A stretch of 64,000 bases of DNA from Eledone cirrhosa (Eukaryota): NCBI GenBank assembly GCA_964016885.1, contig OZ024743.1:297476001-297540000 (forward strand). The letters run 5' to 3'. Position 1 is the first letter of the stretch; each line of letters starts with the position of its first letter. Of this stretch, positions 28,201-42,300 are shown one piece after another. The notes beneath the pieces were generated by a model, which was given only the letters and a program-made list of their open reading frames with translations, did not search any database and was not told the origin of the DNA. Both the position numbers and the translations under genes were made by a program.

Positions 28201-31200
28201 TGACGTATGTAAGAGTTAGGAGAGGAGATACCAGTGACGTATGTCAGAGTTAGGAGAGGAGATACCAGTGACGTTTGTAAGAGTTAGGATAGGAGATACC
28301 TGTGACGTTTGTAAGAGTTAGGAGAGGGGATACCATTGACGTATGTAAGTGTTAGGAGAGGAGATATCAGTGACGTATGTCAGAGTTAGGAGTGGAGATA
28401 CCAGTGACGTATGTAAGAGTTAGGAGAGGAGATATCAGTGACGTATGTCAGAGTTAGGAGAGGAGATACCAGTGACGTATGTAAGTGTTAGAAGAGGAGA
28501 TACCAGTGACGTATGTAAGAGTTAGGAGAGGAGATACCAGTGACGTATGTAAGAGTTAGGAGAGGAGATATCAATGACGTATGTAAGAGTTAGGAAGGAG
28601 ATATCAGTGACGTATGTCAGAGTTAGGAGAGAAGATACCAGTGACGTATGTAAGAGTCAGGAGAGGAGATACCAGTGACGTATGTAAGAGTTAGGAGAGG
28701 AGATACCAGTGACGTATGTAAGAGTTAGGAGAGGAGATACCAGTGACGTATGTAAGTGTTAGGAGAGGAGATATCAGTGACGTATGTCAGAGGTAGGAGA
28801 GAAGATACCAGTGACGTATGTCAGAGTTAGGAGAGGAGATACCAGTGACATATGTAAGAGTTAGGAGAGGAGATACCAGTGACGTATGTAAGTGTTAGGA
28901 GAGGAGATACCAGTGACGTATGTAAGAGTTAGGAGAGGAGATATCAGTGACGTATGTAAGTGTTACGAGAGGAGATACCAGTGACGTATGTAAGAGTTAG
29001 GAGAGGAGATACCAGTGACGTATGTAAGTGTTACGAGAGGAGATACCAGTGACATATGTAAGAGTTAGGAGAGGAGATACCAGTGACGTATGTAAGAGCT
29101 AGGGGGGGAGATACCAGTGACGTATGTAAGAGTTAGGGAGGAGATAGTAGTGACGTATGTAAGAGTTAGGAGAGGAGATACCAGTGACGTATGTAAGAGT
29201 TAGGAAGAAGATATTAGTGACGTATGTAAGTGTTAGGAGAGGAGATACCAGTGACGTTTGTAAGAGTTAGGAGAGGACATACCAGTGACGTATGTAAGAG
29301 TTAGGAGAGGAGATACCAGTGACGTATGTAAGAGTTAGTAGAGGAGATACCAGTGACGTTTGTAAGAGTTAGGAGAGGAGATACCTGTGACGTTTGTAAG
29401 AGTTAGGAGAGGAGATACCAGTGACGTATGTAAGTGTTAGGAGAGGAGATATCAGTGACGTATGTCAGAGATAGGAGAGCAGATACCAGTGACGTTTGTA
29501 AGAGTTAGGAGAGGACATACCAGTGACGTATGTAAGAGTTAGGAGAGGAGATACCAGTGACGTATGTAAGAGTTAGGAGAGGAGATACCAGTGCCGTTTG
29601 TAAGAGTTAGGATAGGAGATACCTGTGACGTTTGTAAGAGTTAGGAGAGGGGATACCATTGACGTATGTAAGTGTTAGGAGAGGAGATATCAGTGACGTA
29701 TGTCAGAGTTAGGAGAGGATATACCAGTGACGTATGTAAGTGTTAGGAGAGGAGATATCAGTGACGTATGTCAGAGATAGGAGAGCAGATACCAGTGACG
29801 TTTGTAAGAGTTAGGAGAGGACATACCAGTGACGTATGTAAGAGTTAGGAGAGGAGATACCAGTGACGTATGTAAGAGTTAGGAGAGGAGATACCAGTGC
29901 CGTTTGTAAGAGTTAGGATAGGAGATACCTGTGACGTTTGTAAGAGTTAGGAGAGGGGATACCATTGACGTATGTAAGTGTTAGGAGAGGAGATATCAGT
30001 GACGTATGTAAGAGTTAGGAGAGGAGATACCAGTGACGTATGTAAGAGTTAGGAGAGGAGATATCAATGACGTATGTAAGAGTTAGGAAGGAGATATCAG
30101 TGACGTATGTCAGAGTTAGGAGAGAAGATACGAGTGACGTATGTAAGAGTTAGTAGAGGAGATACTAGTGACGTATGTCAGAGTTAGGAGAGGAGATACC
30201 AGTGACGTATGTAAGAGTTAGGAGAGGAGATACCAGTGACGTATGTAAGTGTTAGGAGAGGAGATATCAGTGACGTATGTCAGAGGTAGGAGAGGAGATA
30301 CCAGTGACGTATGTCAGAGTTAGGAGAGGAGATACCAGTGACGTATGTAAGAGTTAGGAGAGGAGATACCAGTGACGTATGTAAGAGTTAGGAGAGGAGA
30401 TATCAGTGACGTATGTAAGTGTTACGAGATGAGATACCAGTGACGTATGTAAGAGTTAGGAGAGGAGATACCAGTGACGTATGTAAGAGTTAGGAGAGGA
30501 GATGTCAGTGACGTATGTAAGAGTTACGAGAGGAGATACCAGTGACGTATGTAAGAGTTAGGAGAGGAGATACCAGTGACGTATGTAAGAGTTAGGAGAG
30601 GAGATACCAGTGACGTATGTAAGAGTTAGGAGAGGAGATATCAGTGACGTATGTAAGTGTTACGAGAGGAGATACCAGTGACGTATGTAAGAGTTAGGAG
30701 AGGAGATACCAGTGACGTATGTAAGTGTTACGAGAGGAGATACCAGTGACGTATGTAAGAGTTAGGAGAGGAGATACCAGTGACGTATGTAAGAGCTAGG
30801 AGAGGACATACCAGTGACGTATGTAAGAGTTAGGAGAGGAGATACCAGTGACGTATGTAAGAGTTAGGAGAGGAGATATCAGTGACGTATGTCAGAGTTA
30901 GGAGTGGAGATACCAGTGACGTATGTAAGAGTTAGGAGAGGAGATATCAGTGACGTATGTAAGAGTTATGAGAGGAGATACCAGTGACGTATGTAAGAGT
31001 TAGGAGAGGAGATATCAGTGACGTATGTAAGTGTTACGAGAGGAGATGCCAGTGACGTTTGTAAGAGTTAGGAGAGGACATACCAGTGACGTATGTAAGA
31101 GTTAGGAGAGGAGATACCAGTGACGTATGTAAGAGTTAGGAGAGGAGATATCAATGACGTATGTAAGAGTTAGGAGAGGAGATACCAGTGACGTATGTCA

Positions 31201-34200
31201 GAGTTAGGAGAGGAGATACCAGTGACGTTTGTAAGAGTTAGGATAGGAGATACCTGTGACGTTTGTAAGAGTTAGGAGAGGGGATACCATTGACGTATGT
31301 AAGTGTTAGGAGAGGAGATATCAGTGACGTATGTCAGAGTTAGGAGTGGAGATACCAGTGACGTATGTAAGAGTTAGGAGAGGAGATATCAGTGACGTAT
31401 GTCAGAGTTAGGAGAGGAGATACCAGTGACGTATGTAAGTGTTAGAAGAGGAGATACCAGTGACGTATGTAAGAGTTAGGAGAGGAGATACCAGTGACGT
31501 ATGTAAGAGTTAGGAGAGGAGATATCAATGACGTATGTAAGAGTTAGGAAGGAGATATCAGTGACGTATGTCAGAGTTAGGAGAGAAGATACCAGTGACG
31601 TATGTAAGAGTCAGGAGAGGAGATACCAGTGACGTATGTAAGAGTTAGGAGAGGAGATACCAGTGACGTATGTAAGAGTTAGGAGAGGAGATACCAGTGA
31701 CGTATGTAAGTGTTAGGAGAGGAGATATCAGTGACGTATGTCAGAGGTAGGAGAGAAGATACCAGTGACGTATGTCAGAGTTAGGAGAGGAGATACCAGT
31801 GACGTATGTAAGAGTTAGGAGAGGAGATACCAGTGACGTATGTAAGTGTTAGGAGAGGAGATACCAGTGACGTATGTAAGAGTTAGGAGAGGAGATATCA
31901 GTGACGTATGTAAGTGTTACGAGAGGAGATACCAGTGACGTATGTAAGAGTTAGGAGAGGAGATACCAGTGACGTATGTAAGTGTTACGAGAGGAGATAC
32001 CAGTGACATATGTAAGAGTTAGGAGAGGAGATACCAGTGACGTATGTAAGAGCTAGGGGGGGAGATACCAGTGACGTATGTAAGAGTTAGGGAGGAGATA
32101 CCAGTGACGTATGTAAGAGTTAGGAGAGGAGATACCTGTGACGTTTGTAAGAGTTAGGAGAGGAGATACCAGTGACGTATGTAAGTGTTAGGAGAGGAGA
32201 TATCAGTGACGTATGTCAGAGATAGGAGAGCAGATACCAGTGACGTTTGTAAGAGTTAGGAGAGGACATACCAGTGACGTATGTAAGAGTTAGGAGAGGA
32301 GATACCAGTGACGTATGTAAGAGTTAGGAGAGGAGATACCAGTGCCGTTTGTAAGAGTTAGGATAGGAGATACCTGTGACGTTTGTAAGAGTTAGGAGAG
32401 GGGATACCATTGACGTATGTAAGTGTTAGGAGAGGAGATATCAGTGACGTATGTCAGAGTTAGGAGAGGATATACCAGTGACGTATGTAAGTGTTAGGAG
32501 AGGAGATATCAGTGACGTATGTCAGAGATAGGAGAGCAGATACCAGTGACGTTTGTAAGAGTTAGGAGAGGACATACCAGTGACGTATGTAAGAGTTAGG
32601 AGAGGAGATACCAGTGACGTATGTAAGAGTTAGGAGAGGAGATACCAGTGCCGTTTGTAAGAGTTAGGATAGGAGATACCTGTGACGTTTGTAAGAGTTA
32701 GGAGAGGGGATACCATTGACGTATGTAAGTGTTAGGAGAGGAGATATCAGTGACGTATGTAAGAGTTAGGAGAGGAGATACCAGTGACGTATGTAAGAGT
32801 TAGGAGAGGAGATATCAATGACGTATGTAAGAGTTAGGAAGGAGATATCAGTGACGTATGTCAGAGTTAGGAGAGAAGATACGAGTGACGTATGTAAGAG
32901 TTAGTAGAGGAGATACTAGTGACGTATGTCAGAGTTAGGAGAGGAGATACCAGTGACGTATGTAAGAGTTAGGAGAGGAGATACCAGTGACGTATGTAAG
33001 TGTTAGGAGAGGAGATATCAGTGACGTATGTCAGAGGTAGGAGAGGAGATACCAGTGACGTATGTCAGAGTTAGGAGAGGAGATACCAGTGACGTATGTA
33101 AGAGTTAGGAGAGGAGATACCAGTGACGTATGTAAGAGTTAGGAGAGGAGATATCAGTGACGTATGTAAGTGTTACGAGATGAGATACCAGTGACGTATG
33201 TAAGAGTTAGGAGAGGAGATACCAGTGACGTATGTAAGAGTTAGGAGAGGAGATGTCAGTGACGTATGTAAGAGTTACGAGAGGAGATACCAGTGACGTA
33301 TGTAAGAGTTAGGAGAGGAGATACCAGTGACGTATGTAAGAGTTAGGAGAGGAGATACCAGTGACGTATGTAAGAGTTAGGAGAGGAGATATCAGTGACG
33401 TATGTAAGTGTTACGAGAGGAGATACCAGTGACGTATGTAAGAGTTAGGAGAGGAGATACCAGTGACGTATGTAAGTGTTACGAGAGGAGATACCAGTGA
33501 CGTATGTAAGAGTTAGGAGAGGAGATACCAGTGACGTATGTAAGAGCTAGGAGAGGACATACCAGTGACGTATGTAAGAGTTAGGAGAGGAGATACCAGT
33601 GACGTATGTAAGAGTTAGGAGAGGAGATATCAGTGACGTATGTCAGAGTTAGGAGTGGAGATACCAGTGACGTATGTAAGAGTTAGGAGAGGAGATATCA
33701 GTGACGTATGTAAGAGTTATGAGAGGAGATACCAGTGACGTATGTAAGAGTTAGGAGAGGAGATATCAGTGACGTATGTAAGTGTTACGAGAGGAGATGC
33801 CAGTGACGTTTGTAAGAGTTAGGAGAGGACATACCAGTGACGTATGTAAGAGTTAGGAGAGGAGATACCAGTGACGTATGTAAGAGTTAGGAGAGGAGAT
33901 ATCAATGACGTATGTAAGAGTTAGGAGAGGAGATACCAGTGACGTATGTCAGAGTTAGGAGAGGAGATACCAGTGACGTTTGTAAGAGTTAGGATAGGAG
34001 ATACCTGTGACGTTTGTAAGAGTTAGGAGAGGGGATACCATTGACGTATGTAAGTGTTAGGAGAGGAGATATCAGTGACGTATGTCAGAGTTAGGAGTGG
34101 AGATACCAGTGACGTATGTAAGAGTTAGGAGAGGAGATATCAGTGACGTATGTCAGAGTTAGGAGAGGAGATACCAGTGACGTATGTAAGTGTTAGAAGA

Positions 34201-36200
34201 GGAGATACCAGTGACGTATGTAAGAGTTAGGAGAGGAGATACCAGTGACGTATGTAAGAGTTAGGAGAGGAGATATCAATGACGTATGTAAGAGTTAGGA
34301 AGGAGATATCAGTGACGTATGTCAGAGTTAGGAGAGAAGATACCAGTGACGTATGTAAGAGTCAGGAGAGGAGATACCAGTGACGTATGTAAGAGTTAGG
34401 AGAGGAGATACCAGTGACGTATGTAAGAGTTAGGAGAGGAGATACCAGTGACGTATGTAAGTGTTAGGAGAGGAGATATCAGTGACGTATGTCAGAGGTA
34501 GGAGAGAAGATACCAGTGACGTATGTCAGAGTTAGGAGAGGAGATACCAGTGACGTATGTAAGAGTTAGGAGAGGAGATACCAGTGACGTATGTAAGTGT
34601 TAGGAGAGGAGATACCAGTGACGTATGTAAGAGTTAGGAGAGGAGATATCAGTGACGTATGTAAGTGTTACGAGAGGAGATACCAGTGACGTATGTAAGA
34701 GTTAGGAGAGGAGATACCAGTGACGTATGTAAGTGTTACGAGAGGAGATACCAGTGACATATGTAAGAGTTAGGAGAGGAGATACCAGTGACGTATGTAA
34801 GAGCTAGGGGGGGAGATACCAGTGACGTATGTAAGAGTTAGGGAGGAGATACCAGTGACGTATGTAAGAGTTAGGAGAGGAGATACCAGTGTCGTATGTC
34901 AGAGTTAGGAGAGGAGATACCAGTGACGTATGTAAGAGTTAGGAAGAAGATATTAGTGACGTATGTAAGTGTTAGGAGAGGAGATACCAGTGACGTTTGT
35001 AAGAGTTAGGAGAGGACATACCAGTGACGTATGTAAGAGTTAGGAGAGGAGATACCAGTGACGTATGTAAGAGTTAGTAGAGGAGATACCAGTGACGTTT
35101 GTAAGAGTTAGGAGAGGAGATACCTGTGACGTTTGTAAGAGTTAGGAGAGGAGATACCAGTGACGTATGTAAGTGTTAGGAGAGGAGATATCAGTGACGT
35201 ATGTCAGAGATAGGAGAGCAGATACCAGTGACGTTTGTAAGAGTTAGGAGAGGACATACCAGTGACGTATGTAAGAGTTAGGAGAGGAGATACCAGTGAC
35301 GTATGTAAGAGTTAGGAGAGGAGATACCAGTGCCGTTTGTAAGAGTTAGGATAGGAGATACCTGTGACGTTTGTAAGAGTTAGGAGAGGGGATACCATTG
35401 ACGTATGTAAGTGTTAGGAGAGGAGATATCAGTGACGTATGTCAGAGTTAGGAGAGGAGATACCAGTGACGTATGTAAGTGTTAGGAGAGGAGATATCAG
35501 TGACGTATGTCAGAGATAGGAGAGCAGATACCAGTGACGTTTGTAAGAGTTAGGAGAGGACATACCAGTGACGTATGTAAGAGTTAGGAGAGGAGATACC
35601 AGTGACGTATGTAAGAGTTAGGAGAGGAGATACCAGTGCCGTTTGTAAGAGTTAGGATAGGAGATACCTGTGACGTTTGTAAGAGTTAGGAGAGGGGATA
35701 CCATTGACGTATGTAAGTGTTAGGAGAGGAGATATCAGTGACGTATGTAAGAGTTAGGAGAGGAGATACCAGTGACGTATGTAAGAGTTAGGAGAGGAGA
35801 TATCAATGACGTATGTAAGAGTTAGGAAGGAGATATCAGTGACGTATGTCAGAGTTAGGAGAGAAGATACGAGTGACGTATGTAAGAGTTAGTAGAGGAG
35901 ATACTAGTGACGTATGTCAGAGTTAGGAGAGGAGATACCAGTGACGTATGTAAGAGTTAGGAGAGGAGATACCAGTGACGTATGTAAGTGTTAGGAGAGG
36001 AGATATCAGTGACGTATGTCAGAGGTAGGAGAGGAGATACCAGTGACGTATGTCAGAGTTAGGAGAGGAGATACCAGTGACGTATGTAAGAGTTAGGAGA
36101 GGAGATACCAGTGACGTATGTAAGAGTTAGGAGAGGAGATATCAGTGACGTATGTAAGTGTTACGAGATGAGATACCAGTGACGTATGTAAGAGTTAGGA
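10250..36200. repeat. Higher-order domain C: about nine copies of a ~2.7-3.5-kb (~80-100 monomer) unit
   Basis: The G-run monomer GAGCTAGGGGGGGAG is at ~11173, 13880, 17353, 20272, 23023, 25909 (plus 26247), 29099, 32053 and 34804. The GATACGAGTG marker is at 18420, 21340, 24090, 27314, 30132, 32883 and 35871 (spacings 2920, 2750, 3224, 2818, 2751, 2988). Confidence 0.88.
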
Positions 36201-36399
36201 GAGGAGATACCAGTGACGTATGTCAGAGTTAGGAGAGGAGATACCAGTGACGTATGTAAGAGTTAGGAGAGGAGATACCAGTGACGTATGTAAGAGTTAG
36301 GAGAGGAGATACCAGTGACGTATGTAAGAGTTACGAGAGGAGATACCAGTGACGTATGTAAGAGTTAGGAGAGGAGATACCAGTGACGTATGTAAGAGT

Positions 36400-39300
36400 T
36401 AGGAGAGGAGATACCAGTGACGTATGTAAGAGTTAGGAGAGGAGATATCAGTGACGTATGTAAGTGTTACGAGAGGAGATACCAGTGACATATGTAAGAG
36501 TTAGGAGAGGAGATACCAGTGACGTATGTAAGTGTTACGAGAGGAGATACCAGTGACGTATGTAAGAGTTAGGAGAGGAGATACCAGTGACGTATGTAAG
36601 AGTTAGGAGAGGAGATATCAGTGACGTATGTAAGTGTTACGAGAGGAGATACCAGTGACGTATGTAAGAGTTAGGAGAGGAGATACCAGTGACGTATGTA
36701 AGTGTTACGAGAGGAGATACCAGTGACATATGTAAGAGTTAGGAGAGGAGATACCAGTGACGTATGTAAGAGCTAGGGGAGGAGATACCAGTGACGTATG
36801 TAAGAGTTAGGAGAGGAGATACCAGTGACGTATGTAAGAGTTAGGAGAGGTGATACCAGTGACGTATGTCAGAGTTAGGAGAGGAGATACCAGTGACGTA
36901 TGTAAGAGTTAGGAAGAAGATATCAGTGACGTATGTAAGTGTTAGGAGAGGAGATACCAGTGACGTTTGTAAGAGTTAGGAGAGGACATACCAGTGACGT
37001 ATGTAAGAGTTAGGAGAGGAGATACCAGTGACGTATGTAAGAGTTAGTAGAGGAGATACCAGTGACGTTTGTAAGAGTTAGGAGAGGAGATACCTGTGAC
37101 GTTTGTAAGAGTTAGGAGAGGAGATACCAGTGACGTATGTAAGTGGTAGGAGAGGAGATATCAGTGACGTATGTAAGAGTTAGGAGAGGAGATACCAGTG
37201 ACGTATGTAAGAGTTAGTAGAGGAGATACCAGTGACGTTTGTAAGAGTTAGGAGAGGAGATACCTGTGACGTTTGTAAGAGTTAGGAGAGGACATACCAG
37301 TGACGTATGTAAGAGTTAGGAGAGGAGATACCAGTGACATATGTAAGAGTTAGGAGAGGAGATACCAGTGACGTATGTAAGAGTTAGGAGAGGAGATATC
37401 AGTGACGTATGTCAGAGTTAGGAGAGGAGATACCAGTGACGTTTGTAAGAGTTAGGAGAGGACATACCAGTGACGTATGTAAGAGTTAGGACAGGAGATA
37501 CCAGTGACGTATGTAAGAGTTAGGAGAGGAGATATCAATGACGTATGTAAGAGTTAGGAGAGGAGATACCAGTGACGTATGTCAGAGTTAGGAGAGGAGA
37601 TACCAGTGACGTTTGTAAGAGTTAGGATAGGAGATACCTGTGACGTTTGTAAGAGTTAGGAGAGGAGATACCAGTGACGTATGTAAGAGTTAGTAGAGGA
37701 GATACTAGTGACGTATGTCAGAGTTAGGAGAGGAGATACCAGTGACGTATGTAAGAGTTAGGAGAGGAGATACCAGTGACGTATGTAAGAGTTAGTAGAG
37801 GAGATACTAGTGACGTATGTCAGAGTTATGAGAGGAGATACCAGTGACGTATGTCAGTGTTACGAGATGAGATACCAGTGACGTATGTAAGAGTTAGGAG
37901 AGGAGATACCAGTGACGTATGTAAGAGTTAGGAGAGGAGATATCAGTGACGTATGTAAGAGTTACGAGAGGAGATACCAGTGACGTATGTAAGAGTTAGG
38001 AGAGGAGATACCAGTGACGTATGTAAGAGTTAGGAGAGGAGATACCAGTGACCTATGTAAGAGTTAGGAGAGGAGATATCAGTGACGTATGTAAGTGTTA
38101 CGAGAGGAGAAACCAGTGACGTATGTAAGAGTTAGGAGATGAGATACCAGTGACGTATGTAAGTGTTACGAGAGGAGATACCAGTGACATATGTAAGAGT
38201 TAGGAGAGGAGATACCAGTGACGTATGTAGGAGCCAAGGGAGGAGATACCAGTGACGTATGTAAGAGTTAGGAGAGGAGATACCAGTGACGTATGTAAGA
38301 GTTAGGAGAGGAGATACCAGTGACGTATGTAAGAGTTAGGAGAGGAGATACCAGTGACGTATGTAAGAGTTGGGAGAGGAGATACCAGTGACATATGTAA
38401 GAGTTAGGAGAGGAGATACCAGTGACGTATGTAGGAGCTAGGGGAGGAGATACCAGTGACGTATGTCAGAGTTAGGAGAGGAGATACCAGTGACGTATGT
38501 AAGAGTTAGGAAGAAGATATCAGTGACGTATGTAAGTGTTAGGAGAGGAGATACCAGTGACGTTTGTAAGAGTTAGGAGAGGACATACCAGTGACGTATT
38601 TAAGAGTTAGGAGAGGAGATACCAGTGACGTATGTAAGAGTTAGGAGAGGAGATATCAGTGACGTATGTCAGAGTTAGGAGTGGAGATACCAGTGACGTA
38701 TGTAAGAGTTAGGAGAGGAGATATCAGTGACGTATGTAAGAGTTAGGAGAGGAGATACCAGTGACGTATGTAAGAGTTAGGAGAGGAGATATCAGTGACG
38801 TATGTAAGTGTTACGAGAGGAGATACCAGTGACGTTTGTAAGAGTTAGGAGAGGACATACCAGTGACGTATGTAAGAGTTAGGAGAGGAGATACCAGTGA
38901 CGTATGTAAGAGTTAGGAGAGGAGATATCAATGACGTATGTCAGAGTTAGGAGAGGAGATATCAGTGACGTATGTCAGAGTTAGGAGAGGAGATACCAGT
39001 GACGTATGTCAGAGTTAGGAGTGGAGATACCAGTGACGTTTGTAAGAGTTAGGAGAGGGGATACCATTGACGTATGTAAGTGTTAGGAGAGGAGATATCA
39101 GTGACGTATGTCAGAGTTAGGAGTGGAGATACCAGTGTCGTATGTAAGAGTTAGGAGAGGAGATATCAGTGACGTATGTCAGAGTTAGGAGAGGAGATAC
39201 CAGTGACGTATGTAAGTGTTAGAAGAGGAGATACCAGTGACGTATGTAAGAGTTAGGAGAGGAGATACCAGTGACGTATGTAAGAGTTAGGAGAGGAGAT

Positions 39301-42300
39301 ATCAATGACGTATGTAAGAGTTAGGAAGGAGATATCAGTGACGTATGTCAGAGTTAGGAGAGAAGATACCAGTGACGTATGTAAGAGTCAGGAGAGGAGA
39401 TACCAGTGACGTATGTAAGAGTTAGGAGAGGAGATACCAGTGACGTATGTAAGAGTTAGGAGAGGAGATACCAGTGACGTATGTAAGTGTTAGGAGAGGA
39501 GATATCAGTGACGTATGTCAGAGGTAGGAGAGAAGATACCAGTGACGTATGTCAGAGTTAGGAGAGGAGATACCAGTGACGTATGTAAGAGTTAGGAGAG
39601 GAGATACCAGTGACGTATGTAAGTGTTAGTAGAGGAGATACCAGTGACGTATGTAAGAGTTAGGAGAGGAGATATCAGTGACGTATGTAAGTGTTACGAG
39701 AGGAGATACCAGTGACGTATGTAAGAGTTAGGAGAGGAGATACCAGTGACGTATGTAAGTGTTACGAGAGGAGATACCAGTGACATATGTAAGAGTTAGG
39801 AGAGGAGATACCAGTGACGTATGTAAGAGCTAGGGGGGGAGATACCAGTGACGTATGTAAGAGTTAGGGAGGAGATACCAGTGACGTATGTAAGAGTTAG
39901 GAGAGGAGATACCAGTGACGTATGTCAGAGTTAGGAGAGGAGATACCAGTGACGTTTGTAAGAGTTAGGAAGAAGATATTAGTGACGTATGTAAGTGTTA
40001 GGAGAGGAGATACCAGTGACGTTTGTAAGAGTTAGGAGAGGACATACCAGTGACGTATGTAAGAGTTAGGAGAGGAGATACCAGTGACGTATGTAAGAGT
40101 TAGTAGAGGAGATACCAGTGACGTTTGTAAGAGTTAGGAGAGGAGATACCTGTGACGTTTGTAAGAGTTAGGAGAGGAGATACCAGTGACGTATGTAAGT
40201 GTTAGGAGAGGAGATATCAGTGACGTATGTCAGAGATAGGAGAGCAGATACCAGTGACGTTTGTAAGAGTTAGGAGAGGACATACCAGTGACGTATGTAA
40301 GAGTTAGGAGAGGAGATACCAGTGACGTATGTAAGAGTTAGGAGAGGAGATACCAGTGCCGTTTGTAAGAGTTAGGATAGGAGATACCTGTGACGTTTGT
40401 AAGAGTTAGGAGAGGGGATACCATTGACGTATGTAAGTGTTAGGAGAGGAGATATCAGTGACGTATGTCAGAGTTAGGAGAGGAGATACCAGTGACGTAT
40501 GTAAGTGTTAGGAGAGGAGATATCAGTGACGTATGTCAGAGATAGGAGAGCAGATACCAGTGACGTTTGTAAGAGTTAGGAGAGGACATACCAGTGACGT
40601 ATGTAAGAGTTAGGAGAGGAGATACCAGTGACGTATGTAAGAGTTAGGAGAGGAGATACCAGTGCCGTTTGTAAGAGTTAGGATAGGAGATACCTGTGAC
40701 GTTTGTAAGAGTTAGGAGAGGGGATACCATTGACGTATGTAAGTGTTAGGAGAGGAGATATCAGTGACGTATGTAAGAGTTAGGAGAGGAGATATCAGTG
40801 ACGTATGTCAGAGTTAGGAGAGGAGATACCAGTGACGTATGTAAGTGTTAGAAGAGGAGATACCAGTGACGTATGTAAGAGTTAGGAGAGGAGATACCAG
40901 TGACGTATGTAAGAGTTAGGAGAGGAGATATCAATGACGTATGTAAGAGTTAGGAAGGAGATATCAGTGACGTATGTCAGAGTTAGGAGAGAAGATACGA
41001 GTGACGTATGTAAGAGTTAGTAGAGGAGATACTAGTGACGTATGTCAGAGTTAGGAGAGGAGATACCAGTGACGTATGTAAGAGTTAGGAGAGGAGATAC
41101 CAGTGACGTATGTCAGAGTTAGGAGAGGAGATATCAGTGACGTATGTCAGAGGTAGGAGAGGAGATACCAGTGACGTATGTCAGAGTTAGGAGAGGAGAT
41201 ACCAGTGACGTATGTAAGAGTTAGGAGAGGAGATACCAGTGACGTATGTAAGAGTTAGGAGAGGAGATATCAGTGACGTATGTAAGTGTTACGAGATGAG
41301 ATACCAGTGACGTATGTAAGAGTTAGGAGAGGAGATACCAGTGACGTATGTAAGAGTTAGGAGAGGAGATGTCAGTGACGTATGTAAGAGTTACGAGAGG
41401 AGATACCAGTGACGTATGTAAGAGTTAGGAGAGGAGATACCAGTGACGTATGTAAGAGTTAGGAGAGGAGATACCAGTGACGTATGTAAGAGTTAGGAGA
41501 GGAGATATCAGTGACGTATGTAAGTGTTACGAGAGGAGATACCAGTGACGTATGTAAGAGTTAGGGGAGGAGATACCAGTGACGTATGTAAGTGTTACGA
41601 GAGGAGATACCAGTGACGTATGTAAGAGTTAGGAGAGGAGATACCAGTGACGTATGTAAGAGTTAGGAGAGGAGATATCAGTGACGTATGTAAGTGTTAC
41701 GAGAGGAGATACCAGTGACGTATGTAAGAGTTAGGAGAGGAGATACCAGTGACGTATGTAAGTGTTACGAGAGGAGATACCAGTGGCATATGTAAGAGTT
41801 AGGAGAGGAGATACCAGTGACGTATGTAAGAGCTAGGGGAGGAGATACCAGTGACGTATGTAAGAGTTAGGAGAGGAGATACCAGTGACGTATGTAAGAG
41901 TTAGGAGAGGTGATACCAGTGACGTATGTCAGAGTTAGGAGAGGAGATACCAGTGACGTATGTAAGAGTTAGGAAGAAGATATCAGTGACGTATGTAAGT
42001 GTTAGGAGAGGAGATACCAGTGACGTTTGTAAGAGTTAGGAGAGGACATACCAGTGACGTATGTAAGAGTTAGGAGAGGAGATACCAGTGACGTATGTAA
42101 GAGTTAGTAGAGGAGATACCAGTGACGTTTGTAAGAGTTAGGAGAGGAGATACCTGTGACGTTTGTAAGAGTTAGGAGAGGAGATACCAGTGACGTATGT
42201 AAGTGGTAGGAGAGGAGATATCAGTGACGTATGTAAGAGTTAGGAGAGGAGATACCAGTGACGTATGTAAGAGTTAGTAGAGGAGATACCAGTGACGTTT

